A stretch of DNA of 64,000 bases from NCBI GenBank assembly GCA_963824925.1, contig CAWGRE010000005.1:311619-375618 (forward strand). Direction: 5' to 3'. The stretch comes from an uncultured Acidobacteriota bacterium. Its GTDB lineage: Bacteria > Acidobacteriota > Terriglobia > Acidiferrales > UBA7541. Shown here piece by piece: positions 19,393 to 29,811 of this stretch; the first letter of the stretch is position 1; each line of letters starts with the position of its first letter. The position numbers were made by a program, and so were the translations under genes. The notes under the pieces were generated by a model. That model did no database searches. It saw only the letters and a list, made by a program, of their open reading frames with translations, and had not been told where the DNA came from.

Positions 19393-20094
19393 ATGCAAAA
19401 AGAAATTCTCCTGGAGATTGCCGTTGCTTCTCTCGAACGCGCCATTGCCGCGGAGCGCGCCGGCGCGCATCGCCTGGAACTTTGCGAACGTCTCGAGCTT
19501 GGAGGCATAACGCCAGCTATCACGCTGGTTCGCCGTGTTCGTTCGGCCGTTCGCATTCCGATCCATGTGATGCTCCGGCCGCGATCCGGAGATTTTATTT
19601 ACAACGGGACTGAGTTCGCACAAATGAAAGAGGAACTTGCCGCGATGCGCGGAGAAGACGTGCAAGGCATCGTCACTGGCCTGCTGCGAGACGACCACAC
19701 CATCGACGTCGAGCGCACCCGTGAGTTGGTGGAACTCGCGCGGCCCCTGCCGGTCACCTTCCACCGTGCGTTCGACGCGGCCCCCAATTTGAGCGAAGCG
19801 CTGGACGACGCGATTCGCACCGGCGCAAATCGCATCCTCACGTCCGCGCGCGCAGCCTCCGCCACGGATGCCACCGAAGCATTGCGCAAACTCATCGAAC
19901 AAGCCGGCTCGCGAATCACCCTCTTACCCGGCGGCGGCCTTCACGCCGGCAACATCGCCACCGTCGCTTGCCTCCCCGGCGTGCGCGAACTCCACACCGG
20001 CCTAGCCAGCGTCATCGCCTATGACAACCCGGACCTCGCAAAATTCGAAAAGGCCGTTGGGCACGTAGTAGCAGTTGTAGCGGCCGCCTTCTGA
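19393..20094 (+). CDS. cutC: CutC-family protein
   Basis: LEIAV, AGAHRLELC, GGITP, HVMLRPRSGDFIY, VTFHRAFD, RILTS and PGGG. The C-terminus and stop lie inside a REP. Confidence 0.9.
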   Translation: MQKEILLEIAVASLERAIAAERAGAHRLELCERLELGGITPAITLVRRVRSAVRIPIHVMLRPRSGDFIYNGTEFAQMKEELAAMRGEDVQGIVTGLLRDDHTIDVERTRELVELARPLPVTFHRAFDAAPNLSEALDDAIRTGANRILTSARAASATDATEALRKLIEQAGSRITLLPGGGLHAGNIATVACLPGVRELHTGLASVIAYDNPDLAKFEKAVGHVVAVVAAAF

Positions 20095-20104
20095 GGCGGG
20101 CGCC
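20076..20104 (+). repeat. GTAG REP copy (RAYT-cognate class)
   Basis: TGTAGCGGCCGCCTTCTGAGGCGGGCGCC, identical to 50777-50805. Confidence 0.9.
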
Positions 20105-20196
20105 TTTTTCCCAAACGCATCCGCTACCGCCGCCATCCTGCCGGCCAGCGGTCTTGCCGCCCGATTCCCACTCCGAGCAAATAAAATGCCGCCCCT

Positions 20197-20224
20197 AAAA
20201 AAAAGGGCGCGCCTAAGCGCGCCC
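20197..20224 (-). terminator. Intrinsic terminator of the dcw operon
   Basis: GGGCGCGC-TTAG-GCGCGCCC followed by 8 T on the minus strand, 24 nt after the ftsZ stop. Confidence 0.8.
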
Positions 20225-20248
20225 AAAAAATCCAAAATGCAAATAAAC

Positions 20249-21433
20249 TCAGGCCTTCTGCGCCTGCCTCCGCAAAAACGTCGGCACATCCAGATCGTCC
20301 TTCGGCACTTCCGGCGCAACTTCGCGCACGTTCTGCGCCACCTGGTGCACCACGCTGGGCGGCGCTTCCGGCAGTTCCTGCTGCACCGCGATGTCGCGCC
20401 CCGCTTTCCATGTCCTGGGCAGCACGGATTGCTTCTGCTGGGCCTTGTTCTTCGCCGTTTCCTTGAAGCCCGCCGCGATCACGGTGATCTTGATGGAATC
20501 CTTCATATTCTCGTCCATCACCGCGCCGAAAATAATATTCGCATTTTCGTGCGCCGCTTTCTGGATCACGCTGGAGGCTTCATGCACCTCATGCAGCGAT
20601 AGCGAAGAGCTGCCGCAAATATTGATCAGGATGCCTTGCGCCCCCTGGATGGAATTGTCTTCCAGCAGCGGACTGGCAATCGCGCGGTTCGCCGCGTCAA
20701 CGGCGCGGCTCGCGCCGTTCGCCACCGCCGTGCCCATCACCGCGTAGCCCTGGCCGTGCATGATGGCCTTAACGTCGGCAAAGTCGCGATTGATGATGCC
20801 CGGCACGGTGATGATGTCCGAAATTCCCTGCACCGCCTGGCGCAAAATATCGTCGGCGATGCGGAACGCATCGAAAAAGCTGGTGCCGCGCTCCACGGTT
20901 TCCATCAATCGCTCGTTGGGGATCACGATCACCGTGTCCACCACGCCGACCAGATCCTGCAGCGCCTGCTCTGCCTGCAGCATGCGTCGCTTGCCTTCAA
21001 ATGCGAACGGCTTCGTCACCACCGCCACGCTCAACGCGCCAAGCTCGCTGGCAAGCGAAGCGACTACCGGCGCAGCTCCGCTTCCGGTGCCTCCACCGAG
21101 GCCCGAGGTGATGAAAATCATGTCCGCGCCTTCCAGCGCCTCGATGATTTTATCGGTATCTTCCAGCGCGGCTTTGCGCCCAACCTCCGGGTTCGCGCCC
21201 GCGCCCAATCCCTTGGTGAGCTTCGCGCCCAACTGCAGCTTCAGAGGCGCTTGCGACATCTTCAATGCCTGCAGGTCCGTGTTGGCAGTGATAAATTCCA
21301 CGCCTTCCACTTTGGCACGGATCATGCGATTGATTGCATTGCATCCGCCCCCGCCGACACCAATCACCTTAATCTTCGCGGGTTGCAATTCCTCGCTGAA
21401 GCTCATCCGGATTCCTGCGTCTTTCGCTGTCAT
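20249..21433 (-). CDS. ftsZ: Cell division protein FtsZ
   Basis: [22 protein letters not shown] tubulin signature, INRDFAD and C-terminal DVPTFLR. Confidence 0.97.
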   Translation of the reverse strand: MTAKDAGIRMSFSEELQPAKIKVIGVGGGGCNAINRMIRAKVEGVEFITANTDLQALKMSQAPLKLQLGAKLTKGLGAGANPEVGRKAALEDTDKIIEALEGADMIFITSGLGGGTGSGAAPVVASLASELGALSVAVVTKPFAFEGKRRMLQAEQALQDLVGVVDTVIVIPNERLMETVERGTSFFDAFRIADDILRQAVQGISDIITVPGIINRDFADVKAIMHGQGYAVMGTAVANGASRAVDAANRAIASPLLEDNSIQGAQGILINICGSSSLSLHEVHEASSVIQKAAHENANIIFGAVMDENMKDSIKITVIAAGFKETAKNKAQQKQSVLPRTWKAGRDIAVQQELPEAPPSVVHQVAQNVREVAPEVPKDDLDVPTFLRRQAQKA

Positions 21434-21606
21434 GCCTTCCCCCTGTCCGGCTGGTCCAAATCCTTTATAGAACTCGTAACCGCATGGTTCCACAGTCACT
21501 TTTCAGGGCCTGTGGAAAACCCCCGCGTAGGCGGCGCGGATAACCCTTGCACGTGCCCTTCCCAGACTGCTGTGAGCAACTTCTAATCTCTTTTAGGCCC
21601 TTGGGC

Positions 21607-22818
21607 TCAGGCCCCGGCAAACATCGCCTTCAACTTGGAAACAAAGTTGTTTCCTTTTTGCGCCGCCGTACGCCGGTTTTTCGCCGCGGCGAGCACCAAC
21701 CCCACCACCGTGGCGTATTGCGGCTTGGTCACCGAATCCGGCATGTCCAGCATGCCTCGCGGCTCCGCGATGCGCACAGGCAGCTGAAAAGTCTGTTCCA
21801 CAAGCTCGGCTAGTCCGTGGAGCTGGGCACCGCCGCCACAAAGTACAAATCCGGCAGGAATCTGACGATCCAGGCCCGCGCGCCGCAAATCGTCGCCCAC
21901 CAAGGCAAGCAATTCCTGCGCCCGTGGCTCAATAATGTCCGTCAGGTTCCGGGCAAAAATGGTGCGCGGCGGGCGGTCGCCCACACTGGCAATTTCGATC
22001 GCGCCGTCGTCGTGCAAAAATTCGCTGCTGGCGCACCCGTGATGATGCTTGATTCTTTCCGCTTCGGGAATCGGCGTGCGCAGACCAACCGCAAGATCGT
22101 TGGTGAAGTGATCGCCGCCAATGGCGACAGTTCCGGAATGCCGCACAACTCCGCCGCCGAAAACCACCAGATCCGTAGAACCTCCGCCAATATCCAGCAG
22201 GCAGCTGCCCAGTTCTTTTTCATCCTGCGTCAGGCAAGCCTCGGCCGAAGCCAGCGGCTCCAGAACCGTATCGTTAATTAAAAGGCCCGCTTTGTTGGCG
22301 GCGGTCACCAGGTTCTGCGTCGCGGCCATCGAGGAGGTCACCAGGTGCACGTTGACTTCCAGCCGCTGGCCGATCATGCCGATGGGGTCGCGAATGCCGT
22401 CCTGCGCGTCCACCAAAAATTCGTGGGGCAAAATGTGAATCACGCCGCGATCTTCGGGCATGGCAATGTTCCGCGCCGTATCGATTGCGCGGCGGACATC
22501 ATCCCGTTCCACATCCCGCGCGCGATTCCCCAAGGTGATCCCGCCGCGGCTGTTAACCCCGCGCACGTGGCCGCCGGCAACGCCAATCACCGCCGATTCG
22601 ATGGGCACGTTGGCCACGCCCTCGGCCACTTCCACCGCGCGCCGGATCGAACTCACCGTCGAATCCAGGTTGACGATTAATCCCTTGCGCAGCCCCTTGG
22701 ACTCCGCGGCGCCCAGCGCCAGAAAACGCAACTGCTCGTTTTCAAACTCCGCTAGCAGCACGCACGTCTTCGTGCTCCCGATATCCAACCCGACCAGATA
22801 TTTGTCTTTCTTTGCCAA
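21607..22818 (-). CDS. ftsA: Cell division protein FtsA
   Basis: VGLDIGSTK, LDIGGGSTD, GGDHFTNDLA and LCGGGAQL. Confidence 0.96.
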   Translation of the reverse strand: MAKKDKYLVGLDIGSTKTCVLLAEFENEQLRFLALGAAESKGLRKGLIVNLDSTVSSIRRAVEVAEGVANVPIESAVIGVAGGHVRGVNSRGGITLGNRARDVERDDVRRAIDTARNIAMPEDRGVIHILPHEFLVDAQDGIRDPIGMIGQRLEVNVHLVTSSMAATQNLVTAANKAGLLINDTVLEPLASAEACLTQDEKELGSCLLDIGGGSTDLVVFGGGVVRHSGTVAIGGDHFTNDLAVGLRTPIPEAERIKHHHGCASSEFLHDDGAIEIASVGDRPPRTIFARNLTDIIEPRAQELLALVGDDLRRAGLDRQIPAGFVLCGGGAQLHGLAELVEQTFQLPVRIAEPRGMLDMPDSVTKPQYATVVGLVLAAAKNRRTAAQKGNNFVSKLKAMFAGA

Positions 22819-22833
22819 GACGCTCTCCTGAAT

Positions 22834-23748
22834 TTACTTTGCCTTCACCGCCGAAGTGCTGGTGTCGGGGTTCACCACCACTTGCCGGGAATATCGAAGA
22901 TCGATTGCGTGGACGGGCCCTGCGCTGGCCTGCCATTGCGCGAAGTTGTCCACCAGCGTGCGGTATTTGCCGGTGAAATCACTCTGCCCGAAATGCACGG
23001 TTACCGCCGGAATGGCGGCATCATTGCCGAGTCCAGTGAGCACCGCTACTAAGTCGCGCGGATTTTCCAGGCTGACTTCGCTCACCCGTTCCGAGGAACC
23101 GAATTTCACCAGATCAATATCCTTCATGAATTCCTGGTAGGCCTGCATGCGCTTCTCGCGTTCTTCACGGGGCAGGTTTTCGGACATTCCGGTCACGATT
23201 GGAAAATGAGAATCGTCGCCATCCGGGCGATCGAGCAGCACGCCGTGCGCGTCGATCAAGGTGAGCTCGCTGCCGTTCCGGAAAAACGCCACCTGTGCGC
23301 GCTCCGTTATTTCCACCCGCAGATGGTTGGGCAGGATGCGCTGCACACTGGCTTCTTCCACCCAGGGAATCGCCTGAATCTGGTTGCGCCGGGTCTCCAG
23401 CGGAATGCGCAGCACGCTGTGGTTACGGTCGCCGGCAAACAGTTTCTGAATTTCTTCGCGCGCCACGATGCGATTTCCGGCGACGTCAATCTGGTCCGGC
23501 TTCAGCAGCAGCATCTGCGGAGAGTAAAGTGCGTAGCGCACGCAAAACACCGAAGCGGTGATGGCCGCCGCTCCCACCACGGTCCACACGAATACCCGCC
23601 GGTAAAATGGCCAACTGCGCCCGCTGAGCTTCTTGCGCCGGATCTCCACCGGCTTTTGCCGGCGAAGATACTTCGGCTCTTCGTCGGTCACCAGCTCCGG
23701 GCGGTAGGCTTCCTGGTCTGCCGCCGCGGCCGAAGCGTTGCGCTGCAT
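22834..23748 (-). CDS. ftsQ: Cell division protein FtsQ/DivIB
   Basis: Single TM helix, POTRA domain (PWVEEASVQRILPNHLRVEITER) and IDLRY; lies between murB and ftsA. Confidence 0.88.
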   Translation of the reverse strand: MQRNASAAAADQEAYRPELVTDEEPKYLRRQKPVEIRRKKLSGRSWPFYRRVFVWTVVGAAAITASVFCVRYALYSPQMLLLKPDQIDVAGNRIVAREEIQKLFAGDRNHSVLRIPLETRRNQIQAIPWVEEASVQRILPNHLRVEITERAQVAFFRNGSELTLIDAHGVLLDRPDGDDSHFPIVTGMSENLPREEREKRMQAYQEFMKDIDLVKFGSSERVSEVSLENPRDLVAVLTGLGNDAAIPAVTVHFGQSDFTGKYRTLVDNFAQWQASAGPVHAIDLRYSRQVVVNPDTSTSAVKAK

Positions 23749-23753
23749 CGGTT

Positions 23754-24662
23754 TCACGCGTTCCAAACCACCACCTCGTTTTCCAGAGTCACCCCGTAGG
23801 CCTGTTCCACACGCGTGCGCACGTCCGCGATCAGCGCCAGCATGTCCGCCGCCGAGGCTTTCCCCGTGTTGACGAAGAAATTCGCATGGCGATCGCTGAC
23901 CCGCGCGTCACCATGCGCGAAGCCCTTCAAACCCAACTCGTCAATCATCCGCCCGGCGGAGCCGCCCGGTGGATTCTTGAAAATGCACCCGGCGCTCTTT
24001 TGCCCCATGGGCTGGCTTGAACGCCGCTTTTCATTGCAGATACGAATGCCTTGGAGAATTTCAGGATACGCTTTGGAGGGAAGTTCCAGCTTCACTGCCA
24101 GCATCATATCATCGGGCGCAAAAGAAGTGTGCCGGTATTCAAAGGAAATCTGCTCGCCGCGCAGGACCTCGATCTTGCGTTCACCCGCGCGATAGACCTT
24201 CACTTCGCGTACATAGCTCCCGATTTGCGTGCCATAGGCGCCCGCGTTCATCCGCAGCGCGCCGCCAACGGTGCCGGGCACGCCGATCAACCCCTCCATG
24301 CCGCCGAGATTATTTTTCGCGCAATAGGTCACCGTGCGTCCCAGGTCCGCGGCCGCATCCACGCTGGCGATATTTCCATCGAACGCGATTTCCGGTTCCC
24401 CTTTCACGAGTTGCAAAACCACGAACGGCAGCTCGCCATCCACCACCAGAAGGTTCGAGCCGCCGCCGAGAAATTTGTACGCCACAACTTGCGCGTCCAG
24501 CAACTTCAACAGGTCAGGGATGGTTTCATGCCGCTTGATCCGCAACAGGTCCGTGGTCCCGCCGATGCCCAGCGACGTCATCTCCGCCAACGAAACTCCG
24601 CTCCGGAGTTCCACATCGAGCGCCAGAAGCGCGGCCAGGATTTTGTCGTCCTTAATCCGCAT
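23754..24662 (-). CDS. murB: UDP-N-acetylenolpyruvoylglucosamine reductase
   Basis: LGGGSNLLV, GVPGTVGGALRMNAGAYG, SAGCIFKNP and HANFFVN. Confidence 0.95.
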   Translation of the reverse strand: MRIKDDKILAALLALDVELRSGVSLAEMTSLGIGGTTDLLRIKRHETIPDLLKLLDAQVVAYKFLGGGSNLLVVDGELPFVVLQLVKGEPEIAFDGNIASVDAAADLGRTVTYCAKNNLGGMEGLIGVPGTVGGALRMNAGAYGTQIGSYVREVKVYRAGERKIEVLRGEQISFEYRHTSFAPDDMMLAVKLELPSKAYPEILQGIRICNEKRRSSQPMGQKSAGCIFKNPPGGSAGRMIDELGLKGFAHGDARVSDRHANFFVNTGKASAADMLALIADVRTRVEQAYGVTLENEVVVWNA

Positions 24663-26070
24663 GCCGCAGTTTGTCCTCCACGCGAATTTCCGTGCCCAGC
24701 AGCACCATCAGCTCATTGCTCGCCCGGCTGACATTTCCCGCACCGATGGTCATCAGCGCATCGCCGGTCCTCGCCTCGCGCAGTAAAAATTCGATGGCGT
24801 CCTGCATCGAGCGGAAATAGTGGACATTCTTGTGGCCCGCTTCGCGAATGCTCTTCGCCAAGGCCTCGCTCGTAATGCCCGCGATCGGCGCCTCGCCGGC
24901 CGCGTAGATATCCACCAGCGCCAGAATGTCGGCATCGTTAAATGCACGCTCGAACTCCTCCCACAAATGCTGCGTGCGCGAAAACCGGTGCGGCTGGAAT
25001 AGCGCCAGCACGCGATTGAACTTGCAACCCCGCGCCGCCATCAGCGTGGCCCGAATCTCCGCCGGGTGGTGACCGTAATCGTCCACCACGGTGATGTCGT
25101 TGACCACACCCTTGATGTCGAAGCGCCGCCCAACGCCCGCAAATTTCCCAAGCCCCTCGCGGATCAAGTCGCTGGCCACGTTGAGATAGAGCGCCACAGC
25201 CGCGGCCGCCGCGGCGTTGCGTACGTTGTGAATTCCCGGCGGATGCGGCAGAAGAAACATTCCCAGATCCTCGCCCTTGTACGTAAGGCGGAATTCCGCG
25301 CCCAGGCCGCGCATCTCCACTTCACTGATCACCAGATCCGCCTGCGGCGAAGTTCCATAGGTAATGATCGGGCGCTTCACGTCCGGAATAATCGCCTGCA
25401 CGTTCGGTTCATCCAGGCACAAGACCGCCGCGCCATAAAACGGCACGCGATTTACAAACTGCAGAAACGCACCCTGAATGTCTTCCAGCGAGGAGTATTG
25501 ATCCAGATGCTCGCGGTCAATCGAGGTCACCACGGCCACCACCGGCGCGAACATCAAAAAGCTGCGGTCGCTTTCATCGGCCTCCACCACAAAATATTCG
25601 CCGCGGCCTACGCGCGCCGTTGTCCCCGCCTGATTCACCTTTCCACCTATCACAAACGTGGGATCCAGATGAGCCGCCGCCAGAATCGAAGCCACCATCG
25701 AAGTGGTGGTCGTCTTTCCATGCGCGCCGGCCACCGCAATGCCATATTTCAGGCGCATCAATTCCGCCAGCATTTCCGCGCGCGGTATCACCGGAATCTT
25801 CCGCTTGTGCGCTTCCAGAACTTCCGGGTTGTCTGGCTTCACCGCCGACGAAATCACCACCACGTGCGCACCTTCGACGTTACCCGCCTGGTGTCCCTCG
25901 TGAATGGTTGCGCCCAGATCCTGCAAACGTTCGGTGATCGTCGAGGGCTTCAGGTCCGAACCGGATACCGAGTAGCCCAGTGTGAGCAACACTTCGGCGA
26001 TGCCGCTCATGCCGATGCCGCCGATGCCCACCAGATGAATGCGCTGAAAATTACGAAACGATACCATCAT
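24652..26070 (-). CDS. murC: UDP-N-acetylmuramate-L-alanine ligase
   Basis: HLVGIGGIGMSG, AGAHGKTTTT, EADESD and DDYGHHPAE. Confidence 0.96.
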   Translation of the reverse strand: MMVSFRNFQRIHLVGIGGIGMSGIAEVLLTLGYSVSGSDLKPSTITERLQDLGATIHEGHQAGNVEGAHVVVISSAVKPDNPEVLEAHKRKIPVIPRAEMLAELMRLKYGIAVAGAHGKTTTTSMVASILAAAHLDPTFVIGGKVNQAGTTARVGRGEYFVVEADESDRSFLMFAPVVAVVTSIDREHLDQYSSLEDIQGAFLQFVNRVPFYGAAVLCLDEPNVQAIIPDVKRPIITYGTSPQADLVISEVEMRGLGAEFRLTYKGEDLGMFLLPHPPGIHNVRNAAAAAAVALYLNVASDLIREGLGKFAGVGRRFDIKGVVNDITVVDDYGHHPAEIRATLMAARGCKFNRVLALFQPHRFSRTQHLWEEFERAFNDADILALVDIYAAGEAPIAGITSEALAKSIREAGHKNVHYFRSMQDAIEFLLREARTGDALMTIGAGNVSRASNELMVLLGTEIRVEDKLRHAD

Positions 26071-26086
26071 GACTCGTTCTTCCCCA

Positions 26087-26112
26087 TGTGGCACAGGCAC
26101 TCCTGCCTGTGC
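26087..26112 (+). repeat. REP-like palindrome (TGTG-tagged) inside the dcw cluster
   Basis: TGTG-GCACAGGCA-CTCC-TGCCTGTGC, between murG and murC. Confidence 0.55.
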
Positions 26113-26175
26113 AGCCGATCCAAATGCGAAAATCTAAATTCAAGCGTTCCTAACTCAATCCAGAATGCGAATCTC

Positions 26176-27252
26176 TCAACTCCCTGACTTTCCCGCTTCT
26201 TCAATCAAATTCACAATGTCGCGCGCCGCTTGCGGGTAGGCAAGGCTCCGCGCATTTCGGGAAAGCGTCTCAATCTCCCGGGGCTGGTCTAGGAGGGAGA
26301 AAATTTCGCGCGCCAATCGTTCGCCGGTCAGTTCCGTTTCCGTGATCAACCGCCCCGCGCCAGCGCTGCTCATCGCCTGCGCATTGCGCAACTGGTGGCT
26401 GTCCGTGGCCTTGCCGAACGGGATAAAAATCGCCGCGCGGCCCGCCGCGGCAACTTCCGCGGCCGTGATCGCCCCGGCCCGGCAGACCAGCAGGTCCGCC
26501 CAGGCGAAGCGCTCCGCCATGTTGCTCAGAAATGGAACCACCTCCGCCAGAATTTCGCGCCGCGCGTACGCGGTCCTTACCGCATTATAGTCGCGTTCGC
26601 CGGTCTGATGCACAATCTGCAACTCGCTTTTTCGGGCGGCCAATAAATCCATCGCATCCACAAACGCGCGGTTCACCGGCAAAGCGCCCTGGCTTCCGCC
26701 GGTAATGAGCAACCGCAACGGCTTTTCCGGCGTGCGCGGCGCAATCGCGAAAAATTCCGGCCGCACCGGGCATCCGGTCACCACCGCTTTTTCGCCCCAG
26801 GCTTTTGCCGCCACCTCATAGCCGGTGGCAATTCGCTTTGCGAAGCGCGCCACCACTCGATTCGTAAGGCCGGGCTCCGCGTTGGGTTCAAAAATCACGT
26901 TGGGAATCCCCCTCAGCCAGGTGGCCAGCAGCATCGGTCCCGCCGCGTAGCCGCCAACGCCAAACGCCACGTCCGGCTTGTGCCGTTTCAGCACACCGAA
27001 TGCGTCCACGATTCCTGTTCCCAGCATGGCCACGTTTTTCAGCAGCGTTGTGCCGCCCTTCCCTTTCAATCCCGCCACGCGAATCGTCTCCAGCGGCAGC
27101 CCGGCCTGGGGCACGAGCTTCATTTCAATCCCGCGCTGTGTTCCAACCAGCACCACTTCGCGGTCCGCTCCTCGCGACATCCACTCCCGCGCAATAGCGA
27201 TCGCAGGGAATACATGTCCGCCCGTTCCGCCGCCGGCAATCAGAAGTTTCAC
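26176..27252 (-). CDS. murG: Undecaprenyl-PP-MurNAc-pentapeptide GlcNAc transferase
   Basis: GGGTGGHVFP, GGYAAGP, EPNAEPG, GGSQGA and RAGAITAAE. Confidence 0.96.
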   Translation of the reverse strand: MKLLIAGGGTGGHVFPAIAIAREWMSRGADREVVLVGTQRGIEMKLVPQAGLPLETIRVAGLKGKGGTTLLKNVAMLGTGIVDAFGVLKRHKPDVAFGVGGYAAGPMLLATWLRGIPNVIFEPNAEPGLTNRVVARFAKRIATGYEVAAKAWGEKAVVTGCPVRPEFFAIAPRTPEKPLRLLITGGSQGALPVNRAFVDAMDLLAARKSELQIVHQTGERDYNAVRTAYARREILAEVVPFLSNMAERFAWADLLVCRAGAITAAEVAAAGRAAIFIPFGKATDSHQLRNAQAMSSAGAGRLITETELTGERLAREIFSLLDQPREIETLSRNARSLAYPQAARDIVNLIEEAGKSGS

Positions 27253-27263
27253 GCCACCCGCCC

Positions 27264-28394
27264 TCAGGCCCGGAATCCCGAAGCGCTGGCCGCTTGCTGC
27301 GATATGTTCAAAAGCACGCCGGTTGCCAGCAGCATCACCAACAAGCTCGACCCTCCATAACTTACAAATGGCAGCGGAATCCCTTTCGTCGGCATCAGGC
27401 CCAGCACCACGGCAAAATTAATCAGGCACTGGAAAATCACCATGGAGGTCACTCCCAGTGCCAGCATGGTTCCGAAGCGATCCGGGGCGTTGAACGCCGC
27501 GCGCAGCCCGCGCCATCCATAGGTCGCAAAAAGCGCAATCACGAACACCGCGCCCAAAAATCCCAGCTCCTCGCAGATCACCGCGTAGATAAAATCCGTG
27601 TGCGCTTCCGGCAGATAAAACAGCTTCTGCTTGCCCTCCATCAGTCCAAACCCGCTGAATCCTCCGGAGCCGACCGCGATCAGAGACTGCAGCAACTGGA
27701 ATCCTGCCCCCTGCGGATCGGAATCCGGATGCAGAAAAGCCATGATGCGGGCGTGACGGTAAGAGACGAATGTAACCAGAGCAAATAACACGGGAAGCGC
27801 CGTACCGGCTCCCACGGCCAGCCATTTCCAGGAAAGGCCCGCAGCAAACAGGATCGCCGTCATGATCAACACAATATCCACGGAGGTGCCCAGGTCCGGC
27901 TGCATTACGATCAGCCCCACGCACACCAGGATCGGCGCGACGGCCGGCAGAATCGTTTGCAGCAAATCCTGCTTGCTGAATTCCAGGCTCGTCGCCGTCC
28001 GGCGCTTCAGATCCAGAAACCACGCGAGGTACAGGATCACCACCAGCTTGGTCATCTCTGAAGGCTGCAGGTTCACCGGGCCTACCTTGATCCAGCGGTG
28101 CGTTGCGTGCGATTTGTCCAGGAAAAACGTGGACATCAGCAGCACCGCCACCACGCACAGCGCCGTGTAGACCACCATCGGCTCCCGCAACCGGTGATAG
28201 TCCATCTTCATCAGGCCGAACATTCCCGCGAGGCCCGCAATCAGCCACACCACTTGCCGCAGCACGAACACGTACGAGTGTCCGTACATCTCTTGCGCCG
28301 TCATCGCCGACGCGCTGAAAATCATCACCGCGCCCGTCAGGCACAGCGCCAGCGTCACCATGAAAAGCCAACGGTCTGTCTCCGCTCTCCTCAA
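27264..28394 (-). CDS. ftsW: SEDS peptidoglycan polymerase FtsW
   Basis: RWI..GP.NLQPSE, QPDLGT, YLPEAHTDFI and PTKGIPLPFVSYGGSS. Confidence 0.95.
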   Translation of the reverse strand: MRRAETDRWLFMVTLALCLTGAVMIFSASAMTAQEMYGHSYVFVLRQVVWLIAGLAGMFGLMKMDYHRLREPMVVYTALCVVAVLLMSTFFLDKSHATHRWIKVGPVNLQPSEMTKLVVILYLAWFLDLKRRTATSLEFSKQDLLQTILPAVAPILVCVGLIVMQPDLGTSVDIVLIMTAILFAAGLSWKWLAVGAGTALPVLFALVTFVSYRHARIMAFLHPDSDPQGAGFQLLQSLIAVGSGGFSGFGLMEGKQKLFYLPEAHTDFIYAVICEELGFLGAVFVIALFATYGWRGLRAAFNAPDRFGTMLALGVTSMVIFQCLINFAVVLGLMPTKGIPLPFVSYGGSSLLVMLLATGVLLNISQQAASASGFRA

Positions 28395-29779
28395 CTCTCC
28401 TCCTGTGCATGCCGCGAGTTCGGTTCCAACGCTCTCACCAACCCTTTAAACACGCTTCCCCGCTCTTCATAATTCGCAAACTGGTCAAAACTCGCACATG
28501 CCGGCGCCAGCAAAACCACATCACCCGGCCCGGCCGCCTGGGCCGCAATTTCCACCGCGCGCGCAATCGTTCCCGCGCGCTCGATGGCCACGCTGCCCGC
28601 AATCTGCGCTTCTATCTTGTCGGCTGCGGCGCCAATCAGCAGCGCCAGAATCGCTTTGTCGCGCAACGGCTTCTGCAGCACCGTGTAGTCGCTGCCCTTA
28701 TCCTTCCCGCCCAGCACAATCAAGATTCTTCCCGGAAATGCCTCCAGCGCTTTCAACGTGGCATCCACGTTCGTTGCTTTCGAATCGTTGTAATACCGCA
28801 CACCCGCAATCTCCGCCACAAATTCCAACCGGTGTTCCACGCCCGGGAAACTTTTCACCGCCTTCGCAATCGTTGCCGTATCCACTCCCGCCAGCCGCGC
28901 CATCAGCACCGCCGCCAGCACATTTTCCAGGTTGTGCGCTCCCGCCAGCGGAATTTCCGACGCTTTCATCACGCGCTCTTCCTTATCCCCTTTCACCACC
29001 GCAATCTCGTCCCCCAGCAAGCACGCTCCCTGCGCCACCCGCTTTTGCCGGCTGAACCAGAATACTTGCGGCTTTTTCGGGGCATATTTCGCCGAAGCCG
29101 CGTCATCGGCATTCAATATCGCCGCGTCCAATTCCGTCTGGTTCGCAAAAATTTTTGCCTTTGCCGCGGCATAGGCTTCCATCGTTTCGTGCCGGTCCAG
29201 ATGGTCTGGCGTCAAATTCAAGAGCGCCCCAATGTTCGGCCGGAATTTCTCGACCAGTTCCAGCTGAAAGCTGCTCAGTTCCGCCACGGCCACCGATCCC
29301 GCGTCCATCTTTTCCACTTCCCCAATCAGCGGCGTTCCCACATTCCCCGCCAAAAACGCCTTCACCGCGCCGGCTTTCAGGATGTGGTGCACCAGCGTGG
29401 TGGTCGTCGTTTTCCCGTTCGATCCGGTAATGCCAATCAGCTTCCCTTCCAGAAAACGGTAGGCCAGTTCGATCTCGCTCCAAACCGTGATGCCTTTCGA
29501 TCGCGCCAGCTTCAGAAACGGATCATTCGCCGGAACGCCCGGACTCGGAATAATCAAGTCCTGCGCGAGAAACATTTTTTCCGTGTGTCCGCCCAGTTCC
29601 AGCGTCACGCCAGCTTCGCGCAATTTCACCGGCGCGTCGCCCAACTCGCCCTCGCCCCGCGTTTCCGTGGCGGAAACCACCGCGTTATGCCGCGCGCAAA
29701 ATAGCGCCGTGGCCACGCCGGTGCGCGCCAGTCCCACGACCAGCACCCGCATCTTCCGCAACTCGATCGAACCCGGCAT
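28391..29779 (-). CDS. murD: UDP-MurNAc-L-Ala-D-Glu ligase
   Basis: VVGLARTG, ITGSNGKTTTT, ELSSFQL, NLTPDHLDRH, NDSKATN and LAPACASFDQF. Confidence 0.96.
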   Translation of the reverse strand: MPGSIELRKMRVLVVGLARTGVATALFCARHNAVVSATETRGEGELGDAPVKLREAGVTLELGGHTEKMFLAQDLIIPSPGVPANDPFLKLARSKGITVWSEIELAYRFLEGKLIGITGSNGKTTTTTLVHHILKAGAVKAFLAGNVGTPLIGEVEKMDAGSVAVAELSSFQLELVEKFRPNIGALLNLTPDHLDRHETMEAYAAAKAKIFANQTELDAAILNADDAASAKYAPKKPQVFWFSRQKRVAQGACLLGDEIAVVKGDKEERVMKASEIPLAGAHNLENVLAAVLMARLAGVDTATIAKAVKSFPGVEHRLEFVAEIAGVRYYNDSKATNVDATLKALEAFPGRILIVLGGKDKGSDYTVLQKPLRDKAILALLIGAAADKIEAQIAGSVAIERAGTIARAVEIAAQAAGPGDVVLLAPACASFDQFANYEERGSVFKGLVRALEPNSRHAQEES

Positions 29780-29811
29780 CTCGCCCGCACCAAATTCTTC
29801 GCCGCAATTCT

